This document shows, in pieces, positions 1 to 12,071 of a stretch of 64,000 bases of DNA (the stretch's first letter is position 1; each line of letters starts with the position of its first letter). The stretch is from Cetorhinus maximus. Lineage: Eukaryota. The stretch lies in assembly GCF_964194155.1 (NCBI RefSeq), contig NC_135901.1, positions 32,550,001-32,614,000 on the forward strand, written 5' to 3'. Made by a program: the position numbers and the translations under genes. The notes below the pieces were generated by a model that saw only the letters and a list, made by a program, of their open reading frames with translations, ran no database searches and was not told the DNA's origin.

Positions 1-143
1 GAACTGAGGGACACTTTTTTAAAATTAAAAGTCCCCCTTTTAGGACACAGATGAGGAGAAATTATCGTCTCTCAGAGGCTTGTGCGATTTTGGAACTCTT
101 TGCCTAAGAAGGTGGTGGAGGCGGGGTCATTGAATACCTTTAA
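1..143 (+). mobile_element. CR1 LINE 3' fragment, paralogous to 43002-43144
   Basis: Direct match, including TGGAACTCTTTGCCTAAGAA..GTGGAGGCGGGGTCATTGAATACCTTTAA. Confidence 0.85.
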
Positions 144-1112
144 CATTATCTCAGTGAAGTCTCCCAGGCCGTTAAGAGATTGGTTGTGTTGAGTTGGACC
201 TGTCCCCGTTGAAATCAATCGGGCTGAATCGGATCTTGTCAACTCAGAAAATGAGTGTGTTTGCTGAATTGAAGCACATTGTGAGGACCCTGTCAACTCT
301 GATTGTAACCATACTGAATGGGAGCTGACCACACCGAACTGAACCTTCCAGAAACGTTCCTGCCCCGGGCATGCGGGACGTTGCTGGGATTGATAAGGTC
401 CAGAGTGAACGGAAGCGCGTCAATCTGAACCTAAATACATGGATTATAATGGGGCTCAGCTGGGCTGATGGACTGAATTAACAGATGTTGAATAGGACAT
501 GGCGATATCAAATGTAATGTGTAAAACTGGACAAATTCACACTGATTGTAACTGTGATGTACTGGACCCGTTTATTGTCAACTGGGCAGATGCACAATGG
601 ATATGATAATAATGACTGGGACAATCCTGCACTGATTGTAACCCTGAAGAAGCGAGACGTGCACTCCGAATGTAACCATATTTAACTGGAGCTGTCCAAA
701 ACAAACACACAGGTAGATGGGTCAAAGTGTGTTTACAATCTGAGAGAGAGTTGGGACTGCGTGGCCCCTAATCAGTAAACACACTGACTGAACAACGATC
801 AGGAGCAAGAACTTGGTTTGTGTTTTCCTCGGACAATTTGCCTTTCTCAAGGAGGTCTGAATGAACAGTTGTGCCCTGTCCTGACACCAATATCCGGCTA
901 ATTATAGTTTTCATAAAGAACGATAACTGTGATAATTCTGTAGTCTGGGCGTTTCACATTTGGACGGTATCAGAACTCAACAAAAACATTGTTTCCCATC
1001 AAAACAAAGAAACATCAAGCGGACAGCAGCTGCACTGATTTGTTTGTTACAATAAGTGAAAATAATATAAACAAAAAACTATCTAATTGTTTCCCTGGAG
1101 CCTCACATCCTG

Positions 1113-1118
1113 TATAAA
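1113..1118 (+). promoter_or_regulatory. Candidate TATA box of the GPCR gene (duplicate at 47151-47156)
   Basis: TATAAA lies about 55 nt upstream of the exon 1 ATG and is present in both copies. No transcript evidence. Confidence 0.4.
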
Positions 1119-1168
1119 TGTTGCACTTTTCAGTTTAATGCACAATGCGCTCAGACCTTCTGATAGAA

Positions 1169-3685
1169 ATGCATGTACCACCGACAGACCTGCTGTTTGC
1201 CATTTATTATCCCGTCATTGCGGTAATCGGGGTTCCAGGTAACGTATTGTAGTTAGATATTATCGCATGAATGGTGGGTTAGGTATATTATTTCTCTTAT
1301 TTTATCAGTGGCGCATCTCCACGATTTGTATTCCCTTTCTACGGTTGAAAGTGACATATTGCCACCTTAAACGGTATAATTTCTCCCATTTAACTGCAAA
1401 ATGTCTGCGTTTTTTGCAGGATCACTTACTTTTTCACTTTAACTATGCTGATTCTCAATTTTAACGGTGACATTTCTTCCAGCAGTTCAAATAATTTCTC
1501 GGAATTAATGGTGAATATTCTCACCTTTACCAGTGTCATGCCTTCCACTTACCACCAGTGTTTAATCGTTTATGTTGTCTCCCCTTCAATTGCATTCTGT
1601 CTGTTCATGACGTGTAGCATTATTTTGTTTTAAGTTTATATTTTCTCCCATTTACCGCCACAATCTCCCGTTGGAAATGCAGTTCTGCTCTTGGCAATAC
1701 TGCGTTGGGAGGATTACAGCAAAAGTATTATGTTGTAAGTATTGGTTCTATTGTGGCATTGTCACAGTGACTGTGATGTACGCTCACCTGGGTTTCACAG
1801 CATGCTGTGTCATTAGCACGGTGAATGAACCTGAAGTATCACATGGTTAATCCTGTGTAAATGTAGACCTTTTGTGTTGCTGGTGCTATTGCTGTGTGTG
1901 AATTATGACGTTGTCATTCCAGGGTAAGTGTAGAACTATTATATTAACCTCGCTTTTACTGTGGATGAACTACCGTGATGCTATCACTTTGTATGCCTAG
2001 ATATTTAGTGTTATTCACTATGACAGAGACGGATTGATTCACAAAAGTAATTCATTTTGTAAATAGCTTGAAACGTTCAGTAATTCGCCATTGAATTTAA
2101 TGAAAGAGTTCACTGAAGAGTCATAAGAAGGCACTGCGTTTTTGACAAATATGTGAGGAATGCAGGGGTGGCCCTTTGGCGAATGATTGTTATTCGCCCC
2201 TAATTCACAAAGCACTGGGTTATCGCCCCCAGGGCTCGAACTGTCTTCCACCCTTTCCTCCACTCTTTTAGTTCTGTTCTGCATATTCATGGCGGCCCCG
2301 TCACCGGTGGCGCCCTTTGCATCTAATATTCAAAGATTACAGTTCAAATGTCCACTGCAGGGTAAAATTTAGTTATTTATCCCAACAATGCAGAGCAGCA
2401 CTCTCTCCGATTGAGAGCTTAAAATGTGCCAGTTCAGCTAATTGTCACGTTAAGTGATCGGACTTACCACTCTGCCCTCATAAACATTTCCACCGAAAAT
2501 TCACAGAAAGGCTAACTGCCCGTTCCCACTTCCATGATTGAAGGTATTTCTGATTAACTTTGAACTTATGATTACTTTGAACCATACAGAAAGATCTCTC
2601 TTTAGCAAAAGAAATAGTTTACAATGTGGGATCGTGTCTCACATGTTTCAATTTCACGCATAAACTTGCAGAAGCATTATTGTGTTGGGAGTCAGAGAAT
2701 TAACTTTCGTGTTCTCATGCTGTCTCATGCAAACGCTCTCCCTCTCTTTCTCTCTCTTCTGACCTCTGTTACAGCTAACCTGGCAGTGATTGTGATACTG
2801 TCACGAAGATGTTGTGGTCTCTCCAGATGTATCACTTACTATGCGGTTTCCATGGCGGCGACTGATCTCCTGGCCATTATCACCAGCGTGATATTAAGTC
2901 GGATTGCTGGTATTTATTTACCAAACAGTTTCTTGTCAATCACGCCAATATGTAGTGTCCATTCTGCCTTAATCTCTGCGGCCATTGACAGTTCTGCCTG
3001 GTTAACAGTCGCTTTCACCTTTGACCGATTTGTGGCCATTTGTTGCCAGAAACTGAAAATAAAATACTGCACAGAGAAGACAGCGTCTTGGATGATAGCG
3101 ATTTTATGCACACTGAGTTGTCTAAAAAGTATCTTCCAGTATTTTATATTTGAACCAATGTACGTAATTAATGATGTACCCTGGTTCTGTGTCATAAAAT
3201 CCGCCTTTTATACATCACCTGCATGGAACATCTATGATTGGCTTCGTTCCATTTCACTGCCCTGTGCCCCTTTATTTCTGATTTTATTGTTCAATGCTCT
3301 GACCGTCAGACACATTCTCGCAGCTAATAGAGCCCGCAGGAGGCTCAAGGCCCATAACATGGGGGAGAATCAGAGAGACCCAGAGATGGAGAAGCGGAGA
3401 AAGTCCATTGTTTTACTCTTTGCCATCTCCGGCAGTTTCATCCTGCTATATTCGTTATTTTTTGCAACCATCCTCTATGTCCGCATTGCAAAAGTTCGTT
3501 ATTTTGCAATTGCTGATATCAGTGAATCATCATTTATCCTGGAGGAAAGCGGATATATGCTTCAGTTTTTAAGTTCCTGTATCAATCCATTTATTTATGC
3601 TGGGACCCAGAGTAAATTCAGGGAGGAGTTCAAGAATGGAGTGAAATCTCCCCTGAGTTTATTTGTTAAATTGTTCAAATTTTGA
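1169..3685 (+). CDS. Intact two-exon GPR139/GPR142-like class A orphan GPCR, copy A; exon 1 1169-1238, exon 2 2775-3685, 326 aa
   Basis: Exon 1 reads MHVPPTDLLFAIYYPVIAVIGVP then G|GTAAC donor; a pyrimidine tract and TTACAG acceptor end at 2774. The phase-1 join gives GVPANLAVIVILS (compare GPR139 GLPANILTVIILS). 70+911 nt = 327 codons. Motifs: TM2 MAATDLL, TM3 TFDRFVAIC, ECL2 PWFC, TM7 SSCINPFIY. An in-frame upstream ATG at 1145 is a possible alternative start. Confidence 0.92.
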
Positions 3686-4117
3686 AAGGGCGGGAGTGGA
3701 ACATGAATTATGCATCAAAATCCAACATTTTCTCCACTTCTCTATGTCTCGTATGGCCTCCCTTCCAAGTTGCACTCGCTTTCAGACCCTTACCAGGTGT
3801 ATGTATACAAAACTGTAAAAGGACCGATTCGGAATCCTGTAACCAGAGACCAGCGAATCTCAGGTTCAGATTGATCAAAGAGCCAAAGGGTCATCGCTAA
3901 GCTGGCAGATGTAACAGATCCAGGGAAAGGCTGGCAATGCTCCAAGAGGCAATGCGGACTCATGCACGATCTGTTATTTACCCTTCCTAAATTGGAAATT
4001 TAGCTGGCAAGGCCAGCACTCTTTGAGCATCCGCAACTGTGCTTCTCAAGCCAGAGTCCTGGGTGAAAACATAGCTTGGTGATACCTCCAGCTGCCATGC
4101 TGCCTTCCAGTCAGTGC

Positions 4118-4123
4118 AATAAA
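4118..4123 (+). terminator. Candidate polyadenylation signal of GPCR copy A
   Basis: AATAAA about 430 nt after the stop codon, followed by T-rich sequence; also present in copy B (~50155). Confidence 0.35.
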
Positions 4124-6720
4124 ATGTCCTGCAATTTCACTTTTAGACTTGTTAAATGTTTAAGATGTGTCTTATTTAAATATTGGTTAAAAATCCATTT
4201 GATTCTTAAATGAAGCAGCATTGACCTGAAGGCTGGCACAGGAGCCTTCCCTGGTAAAGTACAGGAGCATGTCTCTGGAGGCACATCTATTGTCCGTTTC
4301 GCCCTGATATTTTTGTAACTTAGGTAGATTGTGCAAGTTTTCAGAGAATTAAATAGGAAAATATTAAAAAATGCCTGCTCCGTGTCTTGACTCTCGTGCT
4401 TTGCAAGATATTAATAAACTGTGTCATTTGAGAATTGTGCTAGCCGTTTATTGCTGTCTGTTCATGGCTCTTGTATATCTGTCCTCACTTTAAGCAAATG
4501 AGCCACCAACCACTTGCAGCTGCATGGGAACCCAGAAATTGCTTAACCTCTGATCAGGCAATAAAACAAATAATAACAGTTACAGTCATTCAGCATCTGA
4601 TCTTAATATTGATAATCACATGGCGTTTGAATGTTCAAATTAACTTTTCTGTGGTTTTGATTTACGGCCTATTAAACCAAAAATCGTAAGGTATTCATGA
4701 GTTCATCTTTTCTTACCTGATGGATGGTTAACTGTCTCGGTCATTATTTCTCGGTACATGGTTGTTAAGTAATTATGAATCAGATTTGATTATGGAAATG
4801 ACTTAGGCGGCGCCAGTAAAGCCAGTCCTGCCAGCTCATCTCTTGTGAATTATGCCATCTCCATCCTTCCTACTTCCTGACAATGCTGGAATTTTATCAA
4901 ATTTGGGAGCCTCCTCTTTTCCAAAAGGATAAATTATCAGCAGAGTTTGTCTCAGCTTGTCCGTCTGTCTTTCTGGCTAAATTATATAGAATATACATAG
5001 GTAGGTAGATATATGTCGATTTGTGTGCATGTACATAAATAATGTTGAATGCATATGTCTGTCTTTGTGTACGTGTGTGTCTGTGTGTTTGCCTGTGCAG
5101 CTCATATGTTCGAAATGTTTCTCTCTGGGTCCCGCTTCTCGCTTACAGATGCTGTCTGTAGGTAACTGAGCGCTATTACGCCCCCGTCATCATTTGGTTG
5201 TTCGTATCTCTGTCAATAGCGTTAGAGCTTTAGAAACAATCTCCCCTCAGGCAGGGAATAATGTTGCTCATTGCAGTGTATGTTGTAACATTCGAAAAGC
5301 TCATTGCAGTTCTCATTAATCCGTAGGAAATAAAAACAAATAACTGCGTTACCTTTATTAATCAGAGACGGTTACAGGCCTGATTCTCAATGCCAGTCTG
5401 TGGTCGAGCGCAGGCTGAGTGATTTTTTAAATTTATTCTTCCCTGGGATATGGGAGCCGCTGTCAAGGCCAGCATGTGTTGCCCATCCCTAATTGCTCTT
5501 GAAATGAGTGTGTTTGCCTGTGGGGCACAGATGTTGGTCTTTTTTTCGAACTGGATCTCACATTCTCCCTTAGAGTCGCTGTGTGTGGGAAACTGAGAAA
5601 TATTAAGTACCTGCCTACATAGGGTCGTTAGTAATCTCTGTCTTTCACGTTAGAACTGAAGGTAAAGATCTGTCCTTGTAGGGAGTAATTTATGCTTTAT
5701 TTCAAACTTTTGTATAACTTCTTAAATCCCTCCTTGGATACGCAGAATGACAACCATATAAAAGCAAACAACAACTTTTAATCTTTCTCGCTCAGAGTCA
5801 ACATAAAGGCCTTTTCCTTGCTGCCAGTCTAGTGCAGAGCGCTGGACAAGTGTAATTTTAACTGACCAAATTTTAAAAATTCAATCTTTACATATACCAG
5901 ATGCACAGCAAGCTAAGAGGTAACTTGAAAAGAAATATTCCATGTTCATCTGTACTTAAGATGTTATTCCAACACCTGCTGTATCTGCCTTTTCCCTCTA
6001 ACTCGATCATCACATCACAACAGTGACGAAAGTTCGAAAGCAGTTAATTGGCTGGAATGATCTGTGCAACATCATGTGGTAGAGCAGGGTGCTGCACAAG
6101 TACAAGGCCTGTTTCCTGACAGGCAGAATTGTAACAAATTAAATCATCCACAAATTAACAGTTTCAAAGTAGGTATAGAAATATTGTGACATTGGTCAGC
6201 GCAGCACAAGGGCCACCTTGGCAGAAAACCTTTCTTCATTGTTTCTCTGAAAGAAACACAGAGACAGTACTTAGAAATGTCCAGGTCTGCAGATTCAGGC
6301 TTCCATGTTGACATTCCTAAATAAATAAGATGGCGACTGATGAACACTTTCATCTATATGAGCATCTGCTCACGGCTTGCATATAACTCTCAGCATGATT
6401 TAAACTAAAAAGTGAACTGGTTGCAACCAAGTTTCCCTCGATTCATAGCTTCACTACAGCACAGAATGAGGCTATTCAACACACAGTGGAATACAATGCA
6501 GTCAGTCTCTTTCTCCCACTCTATCCCGCAGCACTGGATAGAATAGTCCCCTGAATTGCTCTTTGCTTGGTGCCCTCAAAGTGCTGTTTGGGTTTATGGT
6601 TAGGGTTATGTTATTCTCCACCACCGGTTGTCCATCATAATTCTTCTTTTTGCACGCGCTATGTTTAAGTCTCTCACTAGCACATCCTTCTATCTGGTTT
6701 TAATCTTTTCTTTTCTCAGT

Positions 6721-8530
6721 ATCACAGAATCACAGAATCTGAACTGCACAGGAGGATGCCATTCGGCCCATCGTATCTGCACCATCGCTCCAAATAGGCA
6801 TTGTGACCCAGTGCCATTCCCCCCCTTTTCCCCGTGCCCTTGTTAACATTTTTCTCTTCAATTAATCATCTATTGCCTTCTTGAAGGCCTCGATTGAACC
6901 TGCCTCCACCACAATTCCAGGCAGTGCATTCCAGACCCGAACCTCTCGCTGTGTGATAACGTTGTCTTGATCTTGCATCCACATTTTCTTCTTCTGTAAA
7001 TCACTTTTAATCTGTGTCCCCTTATTCTCGACCCCTCGGCCAACGGGAACAATTTCTCCCCAACTGCGCCGTCCAGCCTCCTCATCATTTTGAAGATTTT
7101 CTTCTCTCCATGGTGAACAGCCCCAACCTCTCCAATCTATCCTCAAAGCTGAAGTGTCTCATCCCTGAAACCATCTCTTAAACCTCTCCTGCACTCTCTG
7201 AAATGAGTTCACATCTTTCCTATCATGTAGCACCCAGAAATGTACACAATAATCCATCTGAGGCCGAAAGAATGTCTTATATAAATTCAGAATAACCTCC
7301 CTGCTCTTGTACCCAATGCCCCCATTAATAAAGCCCAGGTCAGCAGATGTTTTATTAACTGTTCCCTCTACCTGTCCTGCCAACTTCGATGATCTTTGCA
7401 CATATACACGCATGTCTTTCTGCTGCTGCACCCCCTTCAAATTTTCACCCCTTATTTTAAATTGTCTGTCAATCTTCTTCCTACCAAAATGTATCATCTT
7501 TCACTTCTCCGCATTCAACTTCACCTGCCAACTATCTGCCCACTCCACTAACTTGTCAATGTTCTTTTGAAGTTCTACATCATCCTCCTCACAGTTTACA
7601 ATGATCCGAGGCTTCGTCTCATTCGCAAAATTTGAAGTTGTCCCTTGCAAACCAAGATCTACATTATTAATATATATCAGGATAAGCAAGGGTCCCAATA
7701 CTGACTCCTGGGATGCTCCACTTCAAACCCCCCTCCCACACAAAAAAGTACAAACTGACCATTGCTCTCTGTTTCCTATTTTTCAGCCAATTTTGTATCC
7801 ACATTGCTACTGTCCCTTTTATTCCATGAGAATTGCTTTTCTCACAAGTCTGTTGTCTGGCACTGTGTCAAATGCCTTTTGAAAGTCCATGTACACCACA
7901 TCAACAGCAACACTCTCATTGACCTTTTCTGTTGTCTCTTCAAAAAACTCCAGCAAGTTAGTTAAACACGATTTCCCCTTTAGAAATCGATGCTGGGTCT
8001 CCCTTATAAACCTATATTTGTCCATGTAACTATTAATTCTATACACGAATAATTGTTTCTAGAATATCGCTCACCACTGAAGTTAAACTGACTCGTCTGT
8101 AATTGATGGTATTATTGATACAACGTTTTTTGAAAATGTTTGCAATTCTCCAGTCCTCTGGCACCTCCCCTGAGTCCAAGGAAACTGAAAGATTATGACC
8201 AGTGCCCCTGAAATTTCTACTCTCACTTCCTTCAATACCCTTGGATGCATCTCATCCGATCTAGGTGCCTTGTCAACTTTAAGTACCGACGATCTATTCA
8301 ACACTTCCTCCTTATCAATTTTGAACCCTTCCATGACAGTGTTTCCTCGTCTGCCACCATGGCCTGGGTAGCATCTACCTCCTTGGTAAAGCCGGATGCA
8401 AAGTGTTCATTTAATATATCAGCAATAGCCCTTTCATCCATGTGTAAATTCCATTTTAAGTCCCTAATCGGCCCCCCTCCTTTTTCCACCCTTTCTCCTT
8501 CTTCTTGTTAACCCAGCATCCATCACTTTG
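6721..8530 (-). mobile_element. 5'-truncated degenerate CR1 LINE
   Basis: RT fragments KGKSCLTNLLEFFE, VDVVYMDFQKAFDTVP, SVLGPLLILIYINNVD, LYKTFFRPQMDYC; (ATTCTGTG)n 3' tail at 6721-6740. Confidence 0.92.
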
Positions 8531-9749
8531 TTCACCCCGTGTCCTCTCTCACTTTGCCACAGATATGAAAACAATGTCTTCTCGCCATTTTCTTCGATGT
8601 TTCCACAATGGTCACTGAACCACTCATGCACCGGCCCCTAATGTTTTCCTTTTTCAACACATCACACATGTATCTGAGCATTAGTCTTATTTCGAACCCA
8701 CCCCCTCCCTCCTCTTTATGTTGTCCATGTTTGTGCACCACATAACAAAGCCAATACCAAAACCGTCTGTTAGAATCTGCATGTCGTCCCCAAATGCCCA
8801 TTCACTTTCATTTTGAAATCATTGAAGGTCTTCGCCACCACCATCCTCGTGGGCAGGGAGGCGCCTTTGTCTGATTACCAGGGTGACAGGTTTTTCCTAC
8901 GTCATTCACGTCCCCAACGCACCCTCCACAATTCCGAACAAAGCCTGATGGCCAGTTTACCAGAAGGACATTTTTATTCAATTTGGTAAGCAATTCACAT
9001 TTGGTGCCGGGGTGCTGAAGGCGATTGGCTGAAGGAATCGTTGGCCTTTGCCCACGCAGTTTAGAATCCTGCTGATGTGGCCTTTATCATTTATGAATAT
9101 AAGTGGGTGAACGTAGGCCTTATTATCAGTCAATGTTTACTAATTCACTCGCCTTTCAACCGCTCCGGGATGTCTTTTATTTTTATTTCTATTTGCCTGA
9201 TGGCATCCATGAAATTTACATTTCTAAGTGGAACAAACATCAGCCAATTTCGTGACAATCTTTCTTTCTAGCTCTCTGTCTCTGTCAATCTCGGTGGTTC
9301 TATTTGTCTGATTCACACAATGTGTGTCAATATGTTCCAGTAAGCCAAAGGAGTAAACTCATTTTTACCAGCAGAATTTTTAATCGTTATGACTTTGTAG
9401 CACGAGCTAAAGATATTGCAGAGAATGATAACAGGGTAAAAAGATGCAAGAGGCGATTGTCTCTTCCTTAATGTACTGAAGTGTGGACTGTTTTTCGAAT
9501 AACTGCCCCTGTGCTAAAAATTGATGGTAGTTTAAATTCTAAATGGGCAATATTTAAACAGTTAAAGGCAGATGAGTGGTCACAAGTGAGTAAGGCAATG
9601 GGAATCTCGGTGGAGACATTATATGTATTAGGGAGGACCAGACTGATTCCTCCTTATGTTTGGAGTTATTTGCACTGATGTCATGAGTCAGTTCAAGAGA
9701 AAGAATCTAAAAGTTTCTTCGCGCCATTTCGCATTCATATGAGGTTACA

Positions 9750-10640
9750 GCAAGCGGGAAAGACTGAAAAGGTTGAGGCCCCCGAATACTGCAGACCGAA
9801 GGCTTGTGAATGTTGTCTTAGAATCTGCGGAGTCTCACAACAAGACCAGGCCTGGGATGCTCTGTGCAATGTTGGACTCCTTACATAACCTTCCTTCCTT
9901 TGAGGTAGTTCAGACCCAGTTCACCAGTTTGATTCCCCTGGAATGAGGGGATTGTCCTCTGAAGAGAGATTTATCAGAGCAGGCCTATATTCCCTGGACT
10001 ATACAGGAATAAAAGAGACAGAAGCAGGAGTGGACAATACACCCAGCCAAACCTGCTCCATTATTCAAATCCGATCATGAATGATCTCAGGCTTCAACAC
10101 TATTTTCCCACCCACGGTCCATATCGATTGATTCTGCCTCACAGAAAAATGTCTCCAAGACAGATTAAAACAAAATCAACGATGGAGCATCCCTAACCCT
10201 CTCGGTTAGAGAATTACAGAGATTGACAATAAATTGAGTAAGCAATTGCTCCTCACCTCAGCCCTAAATAGCCGTGCCCTTATGCAGGGGCGGTGTCCTA
10301 TGTTCCAAATGTCGTGACCAGCGGGGTCAAGCTCTTAGTGTCCAACCTGTCAATCACATTTGGAATCTTGCGTGTCATTAATATCACGTTGGCGAATATG
10401 GATGAAATTTAATCAGCCTGTCATCACCGGACAACACTCTCATGCCAGTGATTCCTTCAGTGAAGCTTCGCTGTAGGGCCTCCCATGAAAGCATATCCTT
10501 CCTTAACCATGGTGATCAGAAATTTACACGGTATCACAGCTGTGGCCTATAGCCCTGGAAAACTGGAAACACAATTATTTATTCCTGTGCTCCAGTTCCC
10601 TTGAAACAAAGACTGACATGCCATTTGATTCCTCATTTCC
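9750..10640. mobile_element. Decayed CR1 3' fragments in opposite orientations (+ ~9750-10000; - ~10010-10640); duplicate at ~55780-56660
   Basis: Resembles the 3' portions of the CR1 copies at 42800-43300 and 34750-35010. Confidence 0.6.
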
Positions 10641-11679
10641 TGCTGTTGTTTTTCTTTTTTGGAGGGCGTCGGGGGGTGGGGCGGGAGAGCGGGGGCTGAG
10701 CGGGGGACGGGGAATGGGGGAGGGGAGGAGGTGAGGAGGAACGTTTCAATACCGTGAGATGCTGTTTTTCACTGTGGTGCCAATCTGTGTGTTGAGCATC
10801 GCCTCCTGTGGGCCATGAGCCTCAATCTGGCAAAACATTCTCTGGTACAGAGGAAGGCAGTGGGTTGAAAATGCGCCGCAACCGCTGTCTTCTGGGTGAT
10901 CTGGGCCATCGTCTCTGGATCATGGGGCATCGGACTGAACACAGTCAAAATCAACATCTTTGGAATGAGAGGAAGAGGAACCCGTGAATGCTGATCTGAA
11001 CCGATTCAGAGTCTGAACCTTCCGTGAGGATAGAGCAATGGGAAACAGTGAGGGTAGAATTGAACCCAGCGAGAATCAGCACCATCAGGGAGCAGAGGGA
11101 GAGGACCAGTCATTGTAAAACTCAGGGAAATTAGAGTCAGGATACTCAGGAGAGGAGGGGGAGTGGATCAAGTGAGTGAAGAGCTGAACCGAGCCAGAGA
11201 CAGCAACTTGAAATGAGCCAAAGTTCACATCCAGCCTCTAATTGTAACTGAAGTGTATTGGCTTGGCTTCATTTTTGTGATATGCTTGTTTTAGGATTGG
11301 GATTGTGGCAGAACAGGGAATGGATCTGGGATTGAAGAAAACGATGTTAAGGATAACGCGATAGGTTTGGATTTCAGTTTGAATAGGGGCTGTGGATTTT
11401 CTGACATGGGGATCTGAAGCTATGGGAGAAGCAGAGAAGAAATAAGATGTACTAGAATCTACAGTTGTGGATTTGAAAACTAGTGCCTGCCTGGAAAGTG
11501 GCGACTTGTGTAAAATCCATTTCTAGGACATTAGAAGGGAGAATTTGGTGATCCAGATCTCAAACCAAACATCACATCAATATCTGACAGAGCACCTTGA
11601 TCCATTGGGTCTTGCATATCATCGGCCATTGAATGCGAAAGGGGAATGCGCAACAGGAGAGAGACAAACATGTGCTCTG

Positions 11680-11803
11680 TGTGTGGGCTACAGTTATTCA
11701 CAATATATATTAATGACATAGATGAGAGAAGTGAATGTACTATCGCCAAGTTTGTGGATGACACAAAAAAAGGTGGGAACTTAAAAGGTGGCGGTGACAC
11801 AAT
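11680..11803 (+). mobile_element. Short CR1 RT fragment abutting the Harbinger left end
   Basis: QLFTIYINDIDERSECTIAKFVDDTKKGG (FADD region). Confidence 0.8.
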
Positions 11804-12071
11804 GGGGGAATTTTCCAGAATTGCAGTAAGGTCGGTAGCGGGCGGGTAAAATGGAGGCCCATCCGCCGATGAAACTGGCGGGTTTTCACGCCGTATTGTC
11901 CCGATCCCGCCTCATTATTTATTCACTGCCACGAGGTACGCCATTTGCATGGCGGGCTCTCATTTGCCTGCCAGGTATCACCCCATTATTGCATCACACG
12001 GGCAGTCATCTTTAAAAGGCCACCGCCAGCAAAGCGCTCATCGCCACCAGCTCACCACCGCTGCCTGGGAG

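Noticed and set aside
2624-2774. N-terminal 50 aa of the 353-aa ORF (single-exon gene model)
   Set aside because: This is intron read-through across the polypyrimidine tract. The paralogous position has TAG after the ATG (48661), and a proper exon 1 exists at 1169-1238.
2914-3195. Antisense ORF conserved in both copies
   Set aside because: Shadow of the GPCR coding strand; conservation reflects the recent duplication.
1169-3685. Assigning the symbol GPR139
   Set aside because: It shares TM1 sequence and family motifs, but it is far too divergent and multi-copy to be the conserved orthologue.
5428-5505. Short element resembling a structured RNA
   Set aside because: It is the reverse-complemented 3' tip of the LINE family seen at 30822-30900.
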